Assembly (NCBI GenBank): GCA_016287095.1
Contig: JAEEVK010000007.1
Span: forward strand, 274 to 64,273
Reading direction: 5' to 3'
DNA: 64,000 bases
From: Lachnospiraceae bacterium
GTDB taxonomy: Bacteria > Bacillota > Clostridia > Lachnospirales > Lachnospiraceae
Part shown: positions 29,444-38,369 of the stretch, one piece after another
Layout of the letters: each line of letters starts with the position of its first letter
Position numbering within the stretch: position 1 is the stretch's first letter
Notes under the pieces: model-generated
The model's input: only the letters and a program-made list of their open reading frames with translations
Databases searched by the model: none
Told to the model about the DNA's origin: nothing
Translations under genes and position numbers: made by a program

Positions 29444-31327
29444 ATGTGCGGAATTACAGGTTACACAGGCATTAACCAGGCCGGACCTATATTGCTTGAA
29501 GGTTTGAGGAGACTTGAATACAGAGGATATGACTCTGCAGGTATCGCTATACAGAGTGAGAAGAGTGCGGAGACCGAAAACGGCAGCGCTCCTGCTTCAT
29601 CCATAAAGATGCTTAAGGCTACCGGTAAAGTCAGCCATCTCGTTGAAAAGTTCGAGGCTGAACCGGACTTTAAGGGAGTTTGCGGTATAGGACATACACG
29701 TTGGGCTACACATGGTATACCCAGTGACACAAACGCACATCCGCATCTGTCAGCTGACGGAAAATTCGCCGTAGTACATAACGGTATTATTGAGAATTTC
29801 GCAGAGATCAGAGCAGAGCTCCAGAAATACGGCATTGAGTTCAAGAGCGAGACTGACACCGAAGTTATAGTACAGCTCTTGGCATATAATTATAAGGGTA
29901 ACTTCAAAAAAGCTCTGATGAAGACTATCGCAAGGCTTACCGGTTCATACGCTATCGGAGTAATTTCAGACGAGTATCCCGGTACGATATTTGCAGCAAA
30001 GCAGGCAAGTCCTCTGATCATAGGTGTAGGTATAGGTGAAAACTATTTTGCATCTGACATAACAGCACTTGTCAGCAATACAAAAAATGTGATCGATCTT
30101 GATGACGGCGAAGTTGCAGAGATAACTCCTGATGAGGTCAAGGTATTTGATCACACCGGCAAAGAAATAGATAAAGAGATAAGACATATCAACTGGGATA
30201 TAGCTTCGGCGGAAAAGAGCGGCTACGAACATTTCATGATGAAGGAAATAATGGAACAGCCGCAGGCCTTAAAAGCCACAATTGAACCAAGAATTAAGTG
30301 TGAGACGCTGAATTGCGGAGATACTGATCTAAGTATAGTATTTGATGAAATAAAAGGTCTGGATATGAAGAAATTCAACCGCGTGCATATTACAGCATGT
30401 GGCTCGGCATATCATGCAGGATGTGTAGGACGCAGTATCATTGAGTCACTGTGTAAGATCCAGGTAGAGGCTGAGGTAGCAAGTGAGCTCAGATACAGGG
30501 ATCCTGTGATGGATGACAAAACTCTGGTAATAGTTATCAGTCAGTCCGGAGAAACAGCGGATACCATAGCTGCCATGAAGGAATGCAAATATAAAGGAGC
30601 CACTGTTCTCGCTATAGTAAATGTAGTAGGCTCCAGTATAGCAAAACTTGCCGATCACTGTATATACACATGGGCAGGACCTGAGATAGCGGTTGCGACT
30701 ACAAAGGGATATACCACACAGGTAGCAGTGCTTGCAATGTTTGCAGTATGGGCAGCAGGTGAGTTAAAGACTATATCACACGGTGCGTACACTTCATTGA
30801 TCCTCGACATCATGCATCTGCCTGAGCGTGCACAGCGTGCGCTTGACTTAAACACTAAAGTTAAGAAGATGGCAGATAAATATTATGATAACCAGTCACT
30901 GTTCTTTATCGGACGTAACATGGACTATGCCGTAGCACTTGAAGGTTCACTTAAATTAAAGGAAATTTCGTACCTTCACTCCGAGGCTTATGCGGCAGGT
31001 GAGCTAAAGCACGGTACAATAGCACTTATAGAGCCCGGCAGACTGGTAGTGGCACTTTGCTGTTATGAAAAGCTCTTTGAGAAAACAGTTTCAAATATCC
31101 AGCAGGTTAAAGCGCGTGGTGCAGAAGTATTGGCAGTAGCACATGAAGGAAACAGGAGCATATTCCAGGAGGCAGACGATGTCCTTCTTGTACCCCAGAC
31201 AGATGCATTGCTTGTACCTGTTATTGAGATCATTCCTCTGCAGCTATTTGCTTACTATGTAGCAAAGAAAAACGGCTGTGATATCGACAAGCCAAAGAAC
31301 CTTGCAAAATCTGTTACAGTCGAGTAA
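29444..31327 (+). CDS. glmS: glutamine--fructose-6-phosphate aminotransferase
   Basis: MCGITGY Ntn start, two SIS domains, C-terminal KPKNLAKSVTVE. Confidence 0.95.
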   Translation: MCGITGYTGINQAGPILLEGLRRLEYRGYDSAGIAIQSEKSAETENGSAPASSIKMLKATGKVSHLVEKFEAEPDFKGVCGIGHTRWATHGIPSDTNAHPHLSADGKFAVVHNGIIENFAEIRAELQKYGIEFKSETDTEVIVQLLAYNYKGNFKKALMKTIARLTGSYAIGVISDEYPGTIFAAKQASPLIIGVGIGENYFASDITALVSNTKNVIDLDDGEVAEITPDEVKVFDHTGKEIDKEIRHINWDIASAEKSGYEHFMMKEIMEQPQALKATIEPRIKCETLNCGDTDLSIVFDEIKGLDMKKFNRVHITACGSAYHAGCVGRSIIESLCKIQVEAEVASELRYRDPVMDDKTLVIVISQSGETADTIAAMKECKYKGATVLAIVNVVGSSIAKLADHCIYTWAGPEIAVATTKGYTTQVAVLAMFAVWAAGELKTISHGAYTSLILDIMHLPERAQRALDLNTKVKKMADKYYDNQSLFFIGRNMDYAVALEGSLKLKEISYLHSEAYAAGELKHGTIALIEPGRLVVALCCYEKLFEKTVSNIQQVKARGAEVLAVAHEGNRSIFQEADDVLLVPQTDALLVPVIEIIPLQLFAYYVAKKNGCDIDKPKNLAKSVTVE

Positions 31328-31395
31328 ATATATAGTTACGATTAAAGCTCGGTTATAGTACTTTCATAGGAAAAATATTTTGGATATTACGAAAA

Positions 31396-31461
31396 AGTCA
31401 TCCTAACGAAGAAGACTGAGGATTATTGATCATACACTTCGTTTAGGATGACTGTTTTTTT
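31396..31461. terminator. long hairpin terminator, potentially bidirectional (A-run before, T-run after)
   Basis: agtcatcctaacgaag ... cttcgtttaggatgact followed by T7. Lies between convergent glmS and the DtxR-family gene. Confidence 0.8.
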
Positions 31462-31504
31462 GTTACTATAATGATTATAATATTCAAAATTATAAGTTTA
31501 GGTT

Positions 31505-31957
31505 TTATTTCTTGCTCTTTGCTCCGGCCTTGGAAGTTTTCTTTGTGCCTGCTTTAGCTACAGACTTAGACGCAGTTTTATCATTTGTTTTCTTAAACTT
31601 AGCCATATGCTTCTTTATAGCCTCAAATGTCTCTTTGCTCAGATCATGCTCAATCTTGCAGGCATCCTTTGCAGCTATATCTTCCGGTACACCGAGGTAG
31701 AGCAGACCTTCGGTAAGTACCTGATGCCTTTCATAGATATCCTTAGCCACTTCCTCGCCCTTATCGGTGAAGGTGATGTAACCGCTAGGATCAACATTAA
31801 TGTAACCATTGGTCTTTAAAAGTTTTATAGCACGGCTGACACTGGGCTTTGAAAAGTTCATCTCTTCGCTTATATCTATAGATCTGACATTGGTATTCCT
31901 TTGCTGAAGTACAAGTATAGTCTCAAGGTACATCTCACCGGACTCTAATAATATCAT
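31505..31957 (-). CDS. DtxR-family metal-dependent transcriptional regulator with Lys-rich C-terminal tail
   Basis: MYLETILVL...SVSRAIKLLKTNGYI HTH and the dimerisation/metal domain ERHQVLTEGL...ACKIEHDLS. ATG at 31957 preceded by ggaggg; the listed ORF extends spuriously to 32068. Confidence 0.85.
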   Translation of the reverse strand: MILLESGEMYLETILVLQQRNTNVRSIDISEEMNFSKPSVSRAIKLLKTNGYINVDPSGYITFTDKGEEVAKDIYERHQVLTEGLLYLGVPEDIAAKDACKIEHDLSKETFEAIKKHMAKFKKTNDKTASKSVAKAGTKKTSKAGAKSKK

Positions 31958-32104
31958 AATACCCTCCGTAATCAATAATATCAGTTTAGAGTAAAGTATA
32001 ACTTTATCTCGCTTATTATTATAGTAAATATAGACAAAAAGGTCAACATTATATATAGGAAATTTCAAAAAACATAGAAAATCTTAAAATTTTATAAAAA
32101 ATGC

Positions 32105-32133
32105 TTGACAAGTTATCGGAGACTAACTATAAT
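32105..32133 (+). promoter_or_regulatory. consensus promoter of feoA-feoA-feoB operon
   Basis: AAAAAATGCTTGACA, TTGACA 32105..32110, 17-nt spacer, TATAAT 32128..32133. Confidence 0.75.
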
Positions 32134-32159
32134 ACAGACGAAGTAAGCGGAAACTAACT
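32111..32159. promoter_or_regulatory. two GTTAG-N6-CTAAC-type boxes in the feo promoter/leader
   Basis: agttatcggagactaact (32111..32128, fills the promoter spacer) and agtaagcggaaactaact (32142..32159). Confidence 0.55.
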
Positions 32160-32206
32160 CTAAATAGGGCGATTTGAGCAATTATAGAGGAGTAAAGGAG
32201 GTAGTG

Positions 32207-32419
32207 ATGATGCCTTTAAGTTTGGCGAATCCCGGTGAGGAATCAGTAATAAAAAAAGTAGGCGGAAGCCCTGAAGTAAAGCAGCATCTTGAAAACTTAG
32301 GTTTTGTAGTTGGCGGAAATGCGACAGTAGTTTCATCCATTGGCGGCAACTTGATAGTAAATGTCAAAGAGTCTCGAGTAGCCATCAGCAAAGAAATGGC
32401 TGCGAAGATCATGATTTAA
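32207..32419 (+). CDS. feoA: FeoA-family protein
   Basis: SH3-like FeoA pattern LANPGEESVIKKVGG...LENLGFVVG. ATG after aaggagg. Confidence 0.85.
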   Translation: MMPLSLANPGEESVIKKVGGSPEVKQHLENLGFVVGGNATVVSSIGGNLIVNVKESRVAISKEMAAKIMI

Positions 32420-32477
32420 GAATCTTTTTAGAAGAATCTTTGAAACGGTTATAAAGGCAGAAAGGAGCAACAACTAA

Positions 32478-32699
32478 ATGAAAACACTTAGAGATGTGGA
32501 GATTGGCGGCACCGCCAAGGTAAAAAAACTCCATGGCGAGGGAGCTATTAAGAAAAGGATCATGGACATGGGTATCACAAAGGGTATCGAGATTTATGTC
32601 CGTAAGGTAGCACCTTTAGGAGATCCTATAGAGATAACAGTCAGAGGCTATGAGCTTTCATTAAGAAAAGCAGACGCAGAACTTATAGAGTGTATGTGA
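32478..32699 (+). CDS. feoA: FeoA-family protein (second copy)
   Basis: LRDVEIGGTAKVKKLHGEGAIKKRIMDMGITKG...VRGYELSLRK. Confidence 0.88.
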   Translation: MKTLRDVEIGGTAKVKKLHGEGAIKKRIMDMGITKGIEIYVRKVAPLGDPIEITVRGYELSLRKADAELIECM

Positions 32700-32777
32700 T
32701 AAAGTTATCCTGAGCTGAGCGAAGGATCTTTTATTTACAGCCATGGTTACCTTGGGGTAACATTTTTAAACACGTAC

Positions 32778-32795
32778 AGTTAGCGCAATATAACT
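32778..32795. promoter_or_regulatory. box-like site between feoA2 and feoB
   Basis: agttagcgcaatataact (GTTAG-N6-aTAAC). Preceded by the weak hairpin atcct...aggat plus T-run at 32706..32735. Confidence 0.4.
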
Positions 32796-32912
32796 AAATC
32801 TGAATTATTTAATTAATAACGGTTTCATCGATAACATAGCAGGCGCGTTATCATGCGTTACGAATCCGGTTTTATAAAAAATATACATCTAGTCTGCAGA
32901 AAGGTACAACAC

Positions 32913-35429
32913 ATGGACATCAGAATAGCCCTTGCGGGCAACCCGAACAGTGGTAAAACCACCCTGTTCAATGCACTGACCGGTTCCAATCAGTTTGTAG
33001 GAAACTGGCCCGGAGTTACTGTAGAGAAAAAAGAAGGTAAATTAAAGAAACATGATGGTGTGACCATTACCGACCTTCCCGGTATTTACTCATTATCACC
33101 TTATACCTTGGAAGAAGTAGTAGCCAGAAACTATCTGATCAACGAGCGTCCCGATGCAATACTTAATATCATCGACGGTACAAACCTTGAGCGTAACCTG
33201 TATCTTACCACTCAGCTTGTAGAACTCGGTATTCCGGTAGTTTTAGCCATCAACATGATGGATGTAGTTAAGAAAAACGGTGACAAGATAGATACAAAGC
33301 AGCTTTCAAAGCAGCTGGGCTGTAAGATAGTTGAGATATCGGCGCTTAAGGGCGACGGTATCATGGAGGCAGCAGAAGAGGCTATAGATGCTGCAAAGAA
33401 TGGCAGAACCATTCCTCAGCATACATTCTCAGGACCTGTAGAACATGCAATCGCTCATATCGAGGAAGCAGCTATACACGGTATGCCTGAGGATCAGCAG
33501 AGATGGTACGCTATAAAGATCTTCGAGAGAGATGAAAAGATCTTAGAGCAGATGAATATCCCTGAGGCTACATTAAAGCATATCGAGAATGATATCGCTG
33601 CAGCTGAAAAGGAACTTGACGATGATGCAGAATCAATCATCACAAATGAGAGATATGTATACATCGGAGAAATCTTAAAGGCTTCATATAAGAAAAAGAA
33701 TAAAGGCGGCTTATCCACATCGGATAAGATCGATAAGATAGTAACCAACAGATGGTTAGGACTTCCTATATTTGCAGCAGTTATGTTTGCTATCTACTAC
33801 CTGGCTATGGTTACGGTAGGTGCCAGTGCTACAGATTGGGCAAACGACGGATTATTCGGTGATGGCTGGCACTTGTTCGGTATCGGCGGCAGTGCTACAG
33901 AGGAAGCTGAAGAAGAGTATGGTGATACAGATGCCATCCTTGCAGGTTTCCTTGCAAAGGCAGATGAAGACGGTATAGACATAGCAGCAGCTGAAGAAGC
34001 TATGGATACTGAAGCAGAAGAGTTTGATGCTGCAGTAGCTGTTGATGAATTAAATGCCATCATGGCAAACTATTCGGATAAGTCCATGGAACTTACCTAT
34101 GAACTTGAAGATGAGGAGACCCTGGAGGTTACCGAAGAAACGGCAACCCTGGAGGATGTGGACGGCGCTATCGAGATGTTTGGAAAGTACGAGGGTGGTG
34201 TTGACCCTGCAAATTATGGCGTATGGGTACCCGGTGTTCCTGTACTTGTAGAAGGACTACTTGATAAGATCGGATGTGCAGATTGGCTTAAGAGTCTTAT
34301 CCTTGATGGTATCATTGCCGGTGTAGGTGCAGTACTCGGTTTCGTACCTCAGATGTTGGTTCTATTCTTCCTGCTTGCATTTGTTGAGGCTTGCGGATAC
34401 ATGGCACGTATCGCATTCGTACTTGACAGAGTATTCAGAAAGTTTGGTCTTTCAGGAAAATCATTTATCCCGATCCTTATCGGTACAGGCTGCGGTATCC
34501 CCGGTATCATGGCATCACGTACTATTGAAAATGAACGTGACCGTAGGATGACGATCATGACTACCACATTTATTCCTTGTGGTGCTAAATTACCTTTCAT
34601 CGCTATGGTAGCAGGTGCTATATTTGATGGATCTGCATTGATATCAACAGGTGCTTACTTTATCGGACTTGCAGCGATCATCATCTCCGGTATCATGTTA
34701 AAGAAGACAAAGATGTTCTCCGGCGAGCCTGCTCCTTTCGTTATGGAGCTTCCCGCATATCACATGCCTACACTTGGAAACGTACTCAGAAGCATGTGGG
34801 AGCGTGGATGGAGCTTTATCAAGAAAGCCGGAACCGTTATCCTTATTTCACAGATTGTTATCTGGTTCTTACAAGGATTTGGTTGGGCAGAGGATGGCTT
34901 CAGGATGCTTGCAGAGGATGAGATCGATGTCAGCATATTAGCTAAGATTGGTAATGCTGTCGCTTGGATCTTCTCACCTCTCGGATGGGGCAACTGGCAG
35001 GCAGTCGTTGCATCTGTCACAGGACTTGTTGCAAAGGAAAACATTGTTGGTACAATGGGTGTTCTTTATGGTGGTGCAGGCAATACATACGAAGCAATCG
35101 GTGCAGCATTTACAGGTATTACAGGTATGTCATTCCTGGTATTCAACCTCCTTTGTGCTCCCTGCTTCGCAGCAATCGGTGCTATCAAGCGTGAGATGAA
35201 CAGCCGTAAGTGGACATGGTTTGCAATTGGTTACCAGTGTGGATTTGCATATCTTGTAGCACTTTGCATCATGCATATCGGCGGACTGTTCACCGGTGAG
35301 GCAAATGTTATCGGCGTAATAGTTTCTGTAGCAGCTATCGCATTTATGTGCTACATGCTGTTCAGACCTTACAAAGAGGCTAACATCAGAACTGCAAAAT
35401 ATAAGGGTGAAAGCAAGAAGGCCGCATAA
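32913..35429 (+). CDS. feoB: ferrous iron transporter FeoB (with ~110-aa acidic loop insertion)
   Basis: G-domain IALAGNPNSGKTTLFN, DLPG, NMMD. Polytopic C-terminal permease. ATG 32913 after gaaagg. Confidence 0.92.
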   Translation: MDIRIALAGNPNSGKTTLFNALTGSNQFVGNWPGVTVEKKEGKLKKHDGVTITDLPGIYSLSPYTLEEVVARNYLINERPDAILNIIDGTNLERNLYLTTQLVELGIPVVLAINMMDVVKKNGDKIDTKQLSKQLGCKIVEISALKGDGIMEAAEEAIDAAKNGRTIPQHTFSGPVEHAIAHIEEAAIHGMPEDQQRWYAIKIFERDEKILEQMNIPEATLKHIENDIAAAEKELDDDAESIITNERYVYIGEILKASYKKKNKGGLSTSDKIDKIVTNRWLGLPIFAAVMFAIYYLAMVTVGASATDWANDGLFGDGWHLFGIGGSATEEAEEEYGDTDAILAGFLAKADEDGIDIAAAEEAMDTEAEEFDAAVAVDELNAIMANYSDKSMELTYELEDEETLEVTEETATLEDVDGAIEMFGKYEGGVDPANYGVWVPGVPVLVEGLLDKIGCADWLKSLILDGIIAGVGAVLGFVPQMLVLFFLLAFVEACGYMARIAFVLDRVFRKFGLSGKSFIPILIGTGCGIPGIMASRTIENERDRRMTIMTTTFIPCGAKLPFIAMVAGAIFDGSALISTGAYFIGLAAIIISGIMLKKTKMFSGEPAPFVMELPAYHMPTLGNVLRSMWERGWSFIKKAGTVILISQIVIWFLQGFGWAEDGFRMLAEDEIDVSILAKIGNAVAWIFSPLGWGNWQAVVASVTGLVAKENIVGTMGVLYGGAGNTYEAIGAAFTGITGMSFLVFNLLCAPCFAAIGAIKREMNSRKWTWFAIGYQCGFAYLVALCIMHIGGLFTGEANVIGVIVSVAAIAFMCYMLFRPYKEANIRTAKYKGESKKAA

Positions 35430-35485
35430 TATAATAACAAATGTCATTCTTAAATCAGAGTGATGGTTATATGATTTAAATAAGG

Positions 35486-35574
35486 TGTCATCCTGAGCTT
35501 TGACATGACTGTTTTGGCAGTCAAGTCTCCAACAAAGAATCATTATAATTTCTTTGCTGAAACTCAGGATGACA
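35486..35574 (+). other. 89-nt three-stem structured element downstream of feoB
   Basis: Closing 12-bp perfect stem tgtcatcctgag / ctcaggatgaca encloses two hairpins (35502..35527; caaagaa/ttctttg 35533..35556). Confidence 0.5.
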
Positions 35575-35644
35575 TCGATTTATATTGAAATATTATATAA
35601 TAAATGTTAGTATAAAGGAAAATAAAGCACAGAGAGGAGGACTA

Positions 35645-36097
35645 ATGGATATGAATCCCGGCACTTTTGCAGTATTAGCAGTACTGATAATAATTGTAGG
35701 ACTGATTGTCTACAAAATGATAAAAGATAAAAAATCGGGGAAATCCTCTTGTTCATGTGGCGGCAGCTGTTCGGGCTGTGGTATGGCAGGGAGCTGTCAC
35801 AAACCTCAATCCGGGAAATCGTCTGATACATCGGGTGATAATAGCATTGTAGTAGAAGATCAAAATGTCATAAAGAAAATAACCCTTCAGATTGATGGCA
35901 TGATGTGTGGAATGTGTGAAAGTCATATAAACGATGCTATCAGGTCAAATCTAAATGTGAAGAAACTAAAAACATCCCATGCAACCGGTCTGTCGGAGTT
36001 CCTTACCAATGATGTGGTATCTGATGAAAGATTGAAGGATATCATAAATAAAACAGGTTACAAAGTACTTGAAATAAAAAGAGAATATATTAGTTAA
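35645..36097 (+). CDS. FeoB-associated Cys-rich membrane protein fused to an HMA (heavy-metal-associated) domain
   Basis: TM helix, then KKSGKSSCSCGGSCSGCGMAGSC, then HMA fold with GMMCGMCESHI. ATG 35645 after gaggagg. Confidence 0.75.
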   Translation: MDMNPGTFAVLAVLIIIVGLIVYKMIKDKKSGKSSCSCGGSCSGCGMAGSCHKPQSGKSSDTSGDNSIVVEDQNVIKKITLQIDGMMCGMCESHINDAIRSNLNVKKLKTSHATGLSEFLTNDVVSDERLKDIINKTGYKVLEIKREYIS

Positions 36098-36145
36098 TGA
36101 TAGTAAGAATTATAATGTTCTTATGTATGATGGTGAGAACAATGT

Positions 36146-36174
36146 AAAAAGGACTTCGAGCAGAAGTCCTTTTT
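36146..36174. terminator. bidirectional terminator between convergent genes
   Basis: aaaaaggacttc / gaagtccttttt. Confidence 0.8.
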
Positions 36175-36208
36175 GTATCTTTATAATAGCTGTGTTAAAT
36201 ATGTATTC

Positions 36209-36871
36209 CTACTCAAATTTGGCATTTCTAAGTGTACAATATGTGTATGGTCCGTCCACATATGTATCAAAGACTCCTGATACACATACAGAGCTGCCTT
36301 CCTCGGGGTAGTCATCGGGATATGTATAGTCGCCTGCCAGGACAAATTCTATACCCTGTGCACAGCAAGCTGTAGCATCACGGATGAGACAGGCAAAATA
36401 GTATTGGTTCTGGTTTTCGTCATAATATGTATAGAAATCACCTTCCATCCTGACAGTTTTACCGATATAATTCTCAGGCATCGACATCATGTTAGATACC
36501 TCTGAATATACCATTGTGCTTGAAAGTTCTGTAAGGTCTATATCGACTTTTTCGTATTCGGGTATGATTTCTGATGTTTGCTTTTCCTGGGTCTCTTCAA
36601 TTTGTTCAGGAACGTCGATGATCTGCTCAGGTACGTCAGTTATCGGTACAGGTGTGGCTGTTATCTGATCAGTGATCTCTGTAGGGGTAACCATGTCTTC
36701 CTCAGCTTTATCCTGTTTTTGTGCTTCTGATTTTTCTACTTGCTGCTGTATGATTTGATCTACCTGAGATGTTTGATTGCTTGTCCTGTCTGATGTCACA
36801 TTAGCTGCAGTGCAACCGGTCATAAAATTTAAGATTACAGCGCCGAGCAACATATATATCGATTTTTTCAC
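36209..36871 (-). CDS. lipoprotein of unknown function with Cys-rich C-terminal domain (last gene of the znuA operon)
   Basis: Lipobox LNFMTGC, GTG start after ggagg, acidic/Gln-rich linker with tandem DVPEQI, C-terminal DATACCAQGIEF...SSVCVSG...YTYC. Confidence 0.7.
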   Translation of the reverse strand: MKKSIYMLLGAVILNFMTGCTAANVTSDRTSNQTSQVDQIIQQQVEKSEAQKQDKAEEDMVTPTEITDQITATPVPITDVPEQIIDVPEQIEETQEKQTSEIIPEYEKVDIDLTELSSTMVYSEVSNMMSMPENYIGKTVRMEGDFYTYYDENQNQYYFACLIRDATACCAQGIEFVLAGDYTYPDDYPEEGSSVCVSGVFDTYVDGPYTYCTLRNAKFE

Positions 36872-36889
36872 CCGAGTTTACCTCCGTAA

Positions 36890-37942
36890 TCAGTTCAATG
36901 CATCTTTGAGGATATTCAGATTATCGGTCATAACAGAAAGATATGTTACACCGTTACTGATATCTGTGGATGTAATTCCCTGCATAGAGTTTAATGTAAG
37001 TATTTTCTGATCTTTCGTGTTTGTATTATTCCTTATAGTCTCAGCTATCTTTTTGTCACTGCCTTCGATTGTCAGAATTGATTTCAGATTATATTCATCG
37101 ATTTTTCCGGCCAAAAAGATTACTGTCTCGAAACTTGCTTCGGTCTCGGCAGAGCAGCCGGTAAAGGCAGCATAGTAGCTTAAACCGTAATCATCTGTCA
37201 TATACCTGAAAGGAAATCTGTCTCCGAACAGGAGTGTTTTTACAACAGATTCATTAACTGCGGTTTTATACTGAGCGTCCAGAGAGCTGAGTTTTTCCTT
37301 ATAAGCATTAAGATTAGACTGGTATAGATCAGCATTAGCACTATCAAGTTTCTTTAAGCTTTCTGTAATCTTGTCACATATAATCCCGGCATTATTAAGG
37401 GAAAGCCATACATGCTCATCGAGTTCTTCCTCATGCTCATGATCCTCGTCATGATCGTGATCTTCTTCATGGTCATGATCCTCATCCTCATGTTCATGCT
37501 CATGCTCCATGCCTTCGACAATTTCTTCGTTCTTAACCTTATCTCCGAGAATATCTAACAGATCGATTACTACCATATCTTTATTTGTCGCCTGGGCTAA
37601 GGCGTCATCAACCCATTTGTCAGATTCGCCTCCGACATAGATGAACATGTCACAGGTAGATATTTTCAGGATGTCATCTATTGAAGGCTGGTAGCTGTGG
37701 AGATCCACACCATTATCGAGTAGCATAGTGAGGTCGAGCTGATCTGCATTTTCTCCTACGATAGTCCTAACCCAGTCATATTCCGGAAAGATAGTTGTTA
37801 CTATTTTCAGTTTCTTTGTGCCGGAATTATTAGATACTGACTGAGAATCTTGTTTGTTATCGCTATTTTGTTTATCTGAACATGCTGAAAGAGAGCCGGC
37901 TATTAGCATAACGGCTACAATTATTGATATTATTTTTTTCAT
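36890..37942 (-). CDS. znuA: zinc ABC transporter substrate-binding lipoprotein (cluster A-I, His/Asp/Glu-rich loop)
   Basis: Lipobox GSLSAC, TroA-like fold motifs, loop MEHEHEHEDEDHDHEEDHDHDEDHEHEE. Confidence 0.88.
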   Translation of the reverse strand: MKKIISIIVAVMLIAGSLSACSDKQNSDNKQDSQSVSNNSGTKKLKIVTTIFPEYDWVRTIVGENADQLDLTMLLDNGVDLHSYQPSIDDILKISTCDMFIYVGGESDKWVDDALAQATNKDMVVIDLLDILGDKVKNEEIVEGMEHEHEHEDEDHDHEEDHDHDEDHEHEEELDEHVWLSLNNAGIICDKITESLKKLDSANADLYQSNLNAYKEKLSSLDAQYKTAVNESVVKTLLFGDRFPFRYMTDDYGLSYYAAFTGCSAETEASFETVIFLAGKIDEYNLKSILTIEGSDKKIAETIRNNTNTKDQKILTLNSMQGITSTDISNGVTYLSVMTDNLNILKDALN

Positions 37943-37996
37943 TAAAAAAATTATCCTCCTGTTTATTCTGTCCGTTTATGAAACAAAGAAGACATT

Positions 37997-38302
37997 TCAA
38001 TTGTTAAGGCGAACTTTTAGGTCAAAGAGAGTCCTTTTGAAAGAAAGGTTGGATTTGATAATCTGTAAAAACTCTGATATACAATGTATAAAAGCGGCAA
38101 TTATGCAGAAAGATAAGACTTTGCCAGTATTATGCAATATGCCCTCACAGATTTCTATCATGTGACAGATAGCACAGTCTTCTCCTTCGCAATCATGTTC
38201 GCTTTCAGTTATGATATAGACTGAAGAGAAGATAGTGAGCATGAGTAATAAAACGGCAAGGATACCGGCCGCAGATTTCCTAAAAATCAGATTATTACGC
38301 AT
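37997..38302 (-). CDS. small membrane protein with Cys/His cluster (first gene of the znuA operon)
   Basis: TM helix, then SEHDCEGEDCAICHMIEICEGILH and a second hydrophobic segment. ATG 38302 after gggagga. Confidence 0.6.
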   Translation of the reverse strand: MRNNLIFRKSAAGILAVLLLMLTIFSSVYIITESEHDCEGEDCAICHMIEICEGILHNTGKVLSFCIIAAFIHCISEFLQIIKSNLSFKRTLFDLKVRLNN

Positions 38303-38334
38303 AACTATATCCTCCCTGAAAAGATTCGTTAGTG

Positions 38335-38363
38335 ATTCTATCACAGTGGATTTATTATGTCAA
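38335..38363 (-). promoter_or_regulatory. minus-strand promoter of the membrane-protein/znuA/lipoprotein operon
   Basis: On the minus strand: TTGACA, 17-nt spacer, TGn-TAGAAT. Confidence 0.5.
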
Positions 38364-38369
38364 GAAAAA

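Noticed and set aside
31958-32068. Upstream extensions of listed ORFs (DtxR-like 31958..32068; FeoB 32853..32912; HMA fusion 35585..35644; MFS 55783..55818; AraC 59091..59126; ABC 61910..61939; carA 13418..13444; ATPase 41499..41507)
   Set aside because: In each case an internal ATG with a properly spaced GGAGG-like RBS coincides with the start of family homology. The extensions have no RBS and cross promoter or operator DNA.
37390-37520. His/Asp/Glu codon repeats in znuA as a separate repeat feature or novelty
   Set aside because: A His-rich flexible loop is a well-known feature of zinc-specific cluster A-I binding proteins.
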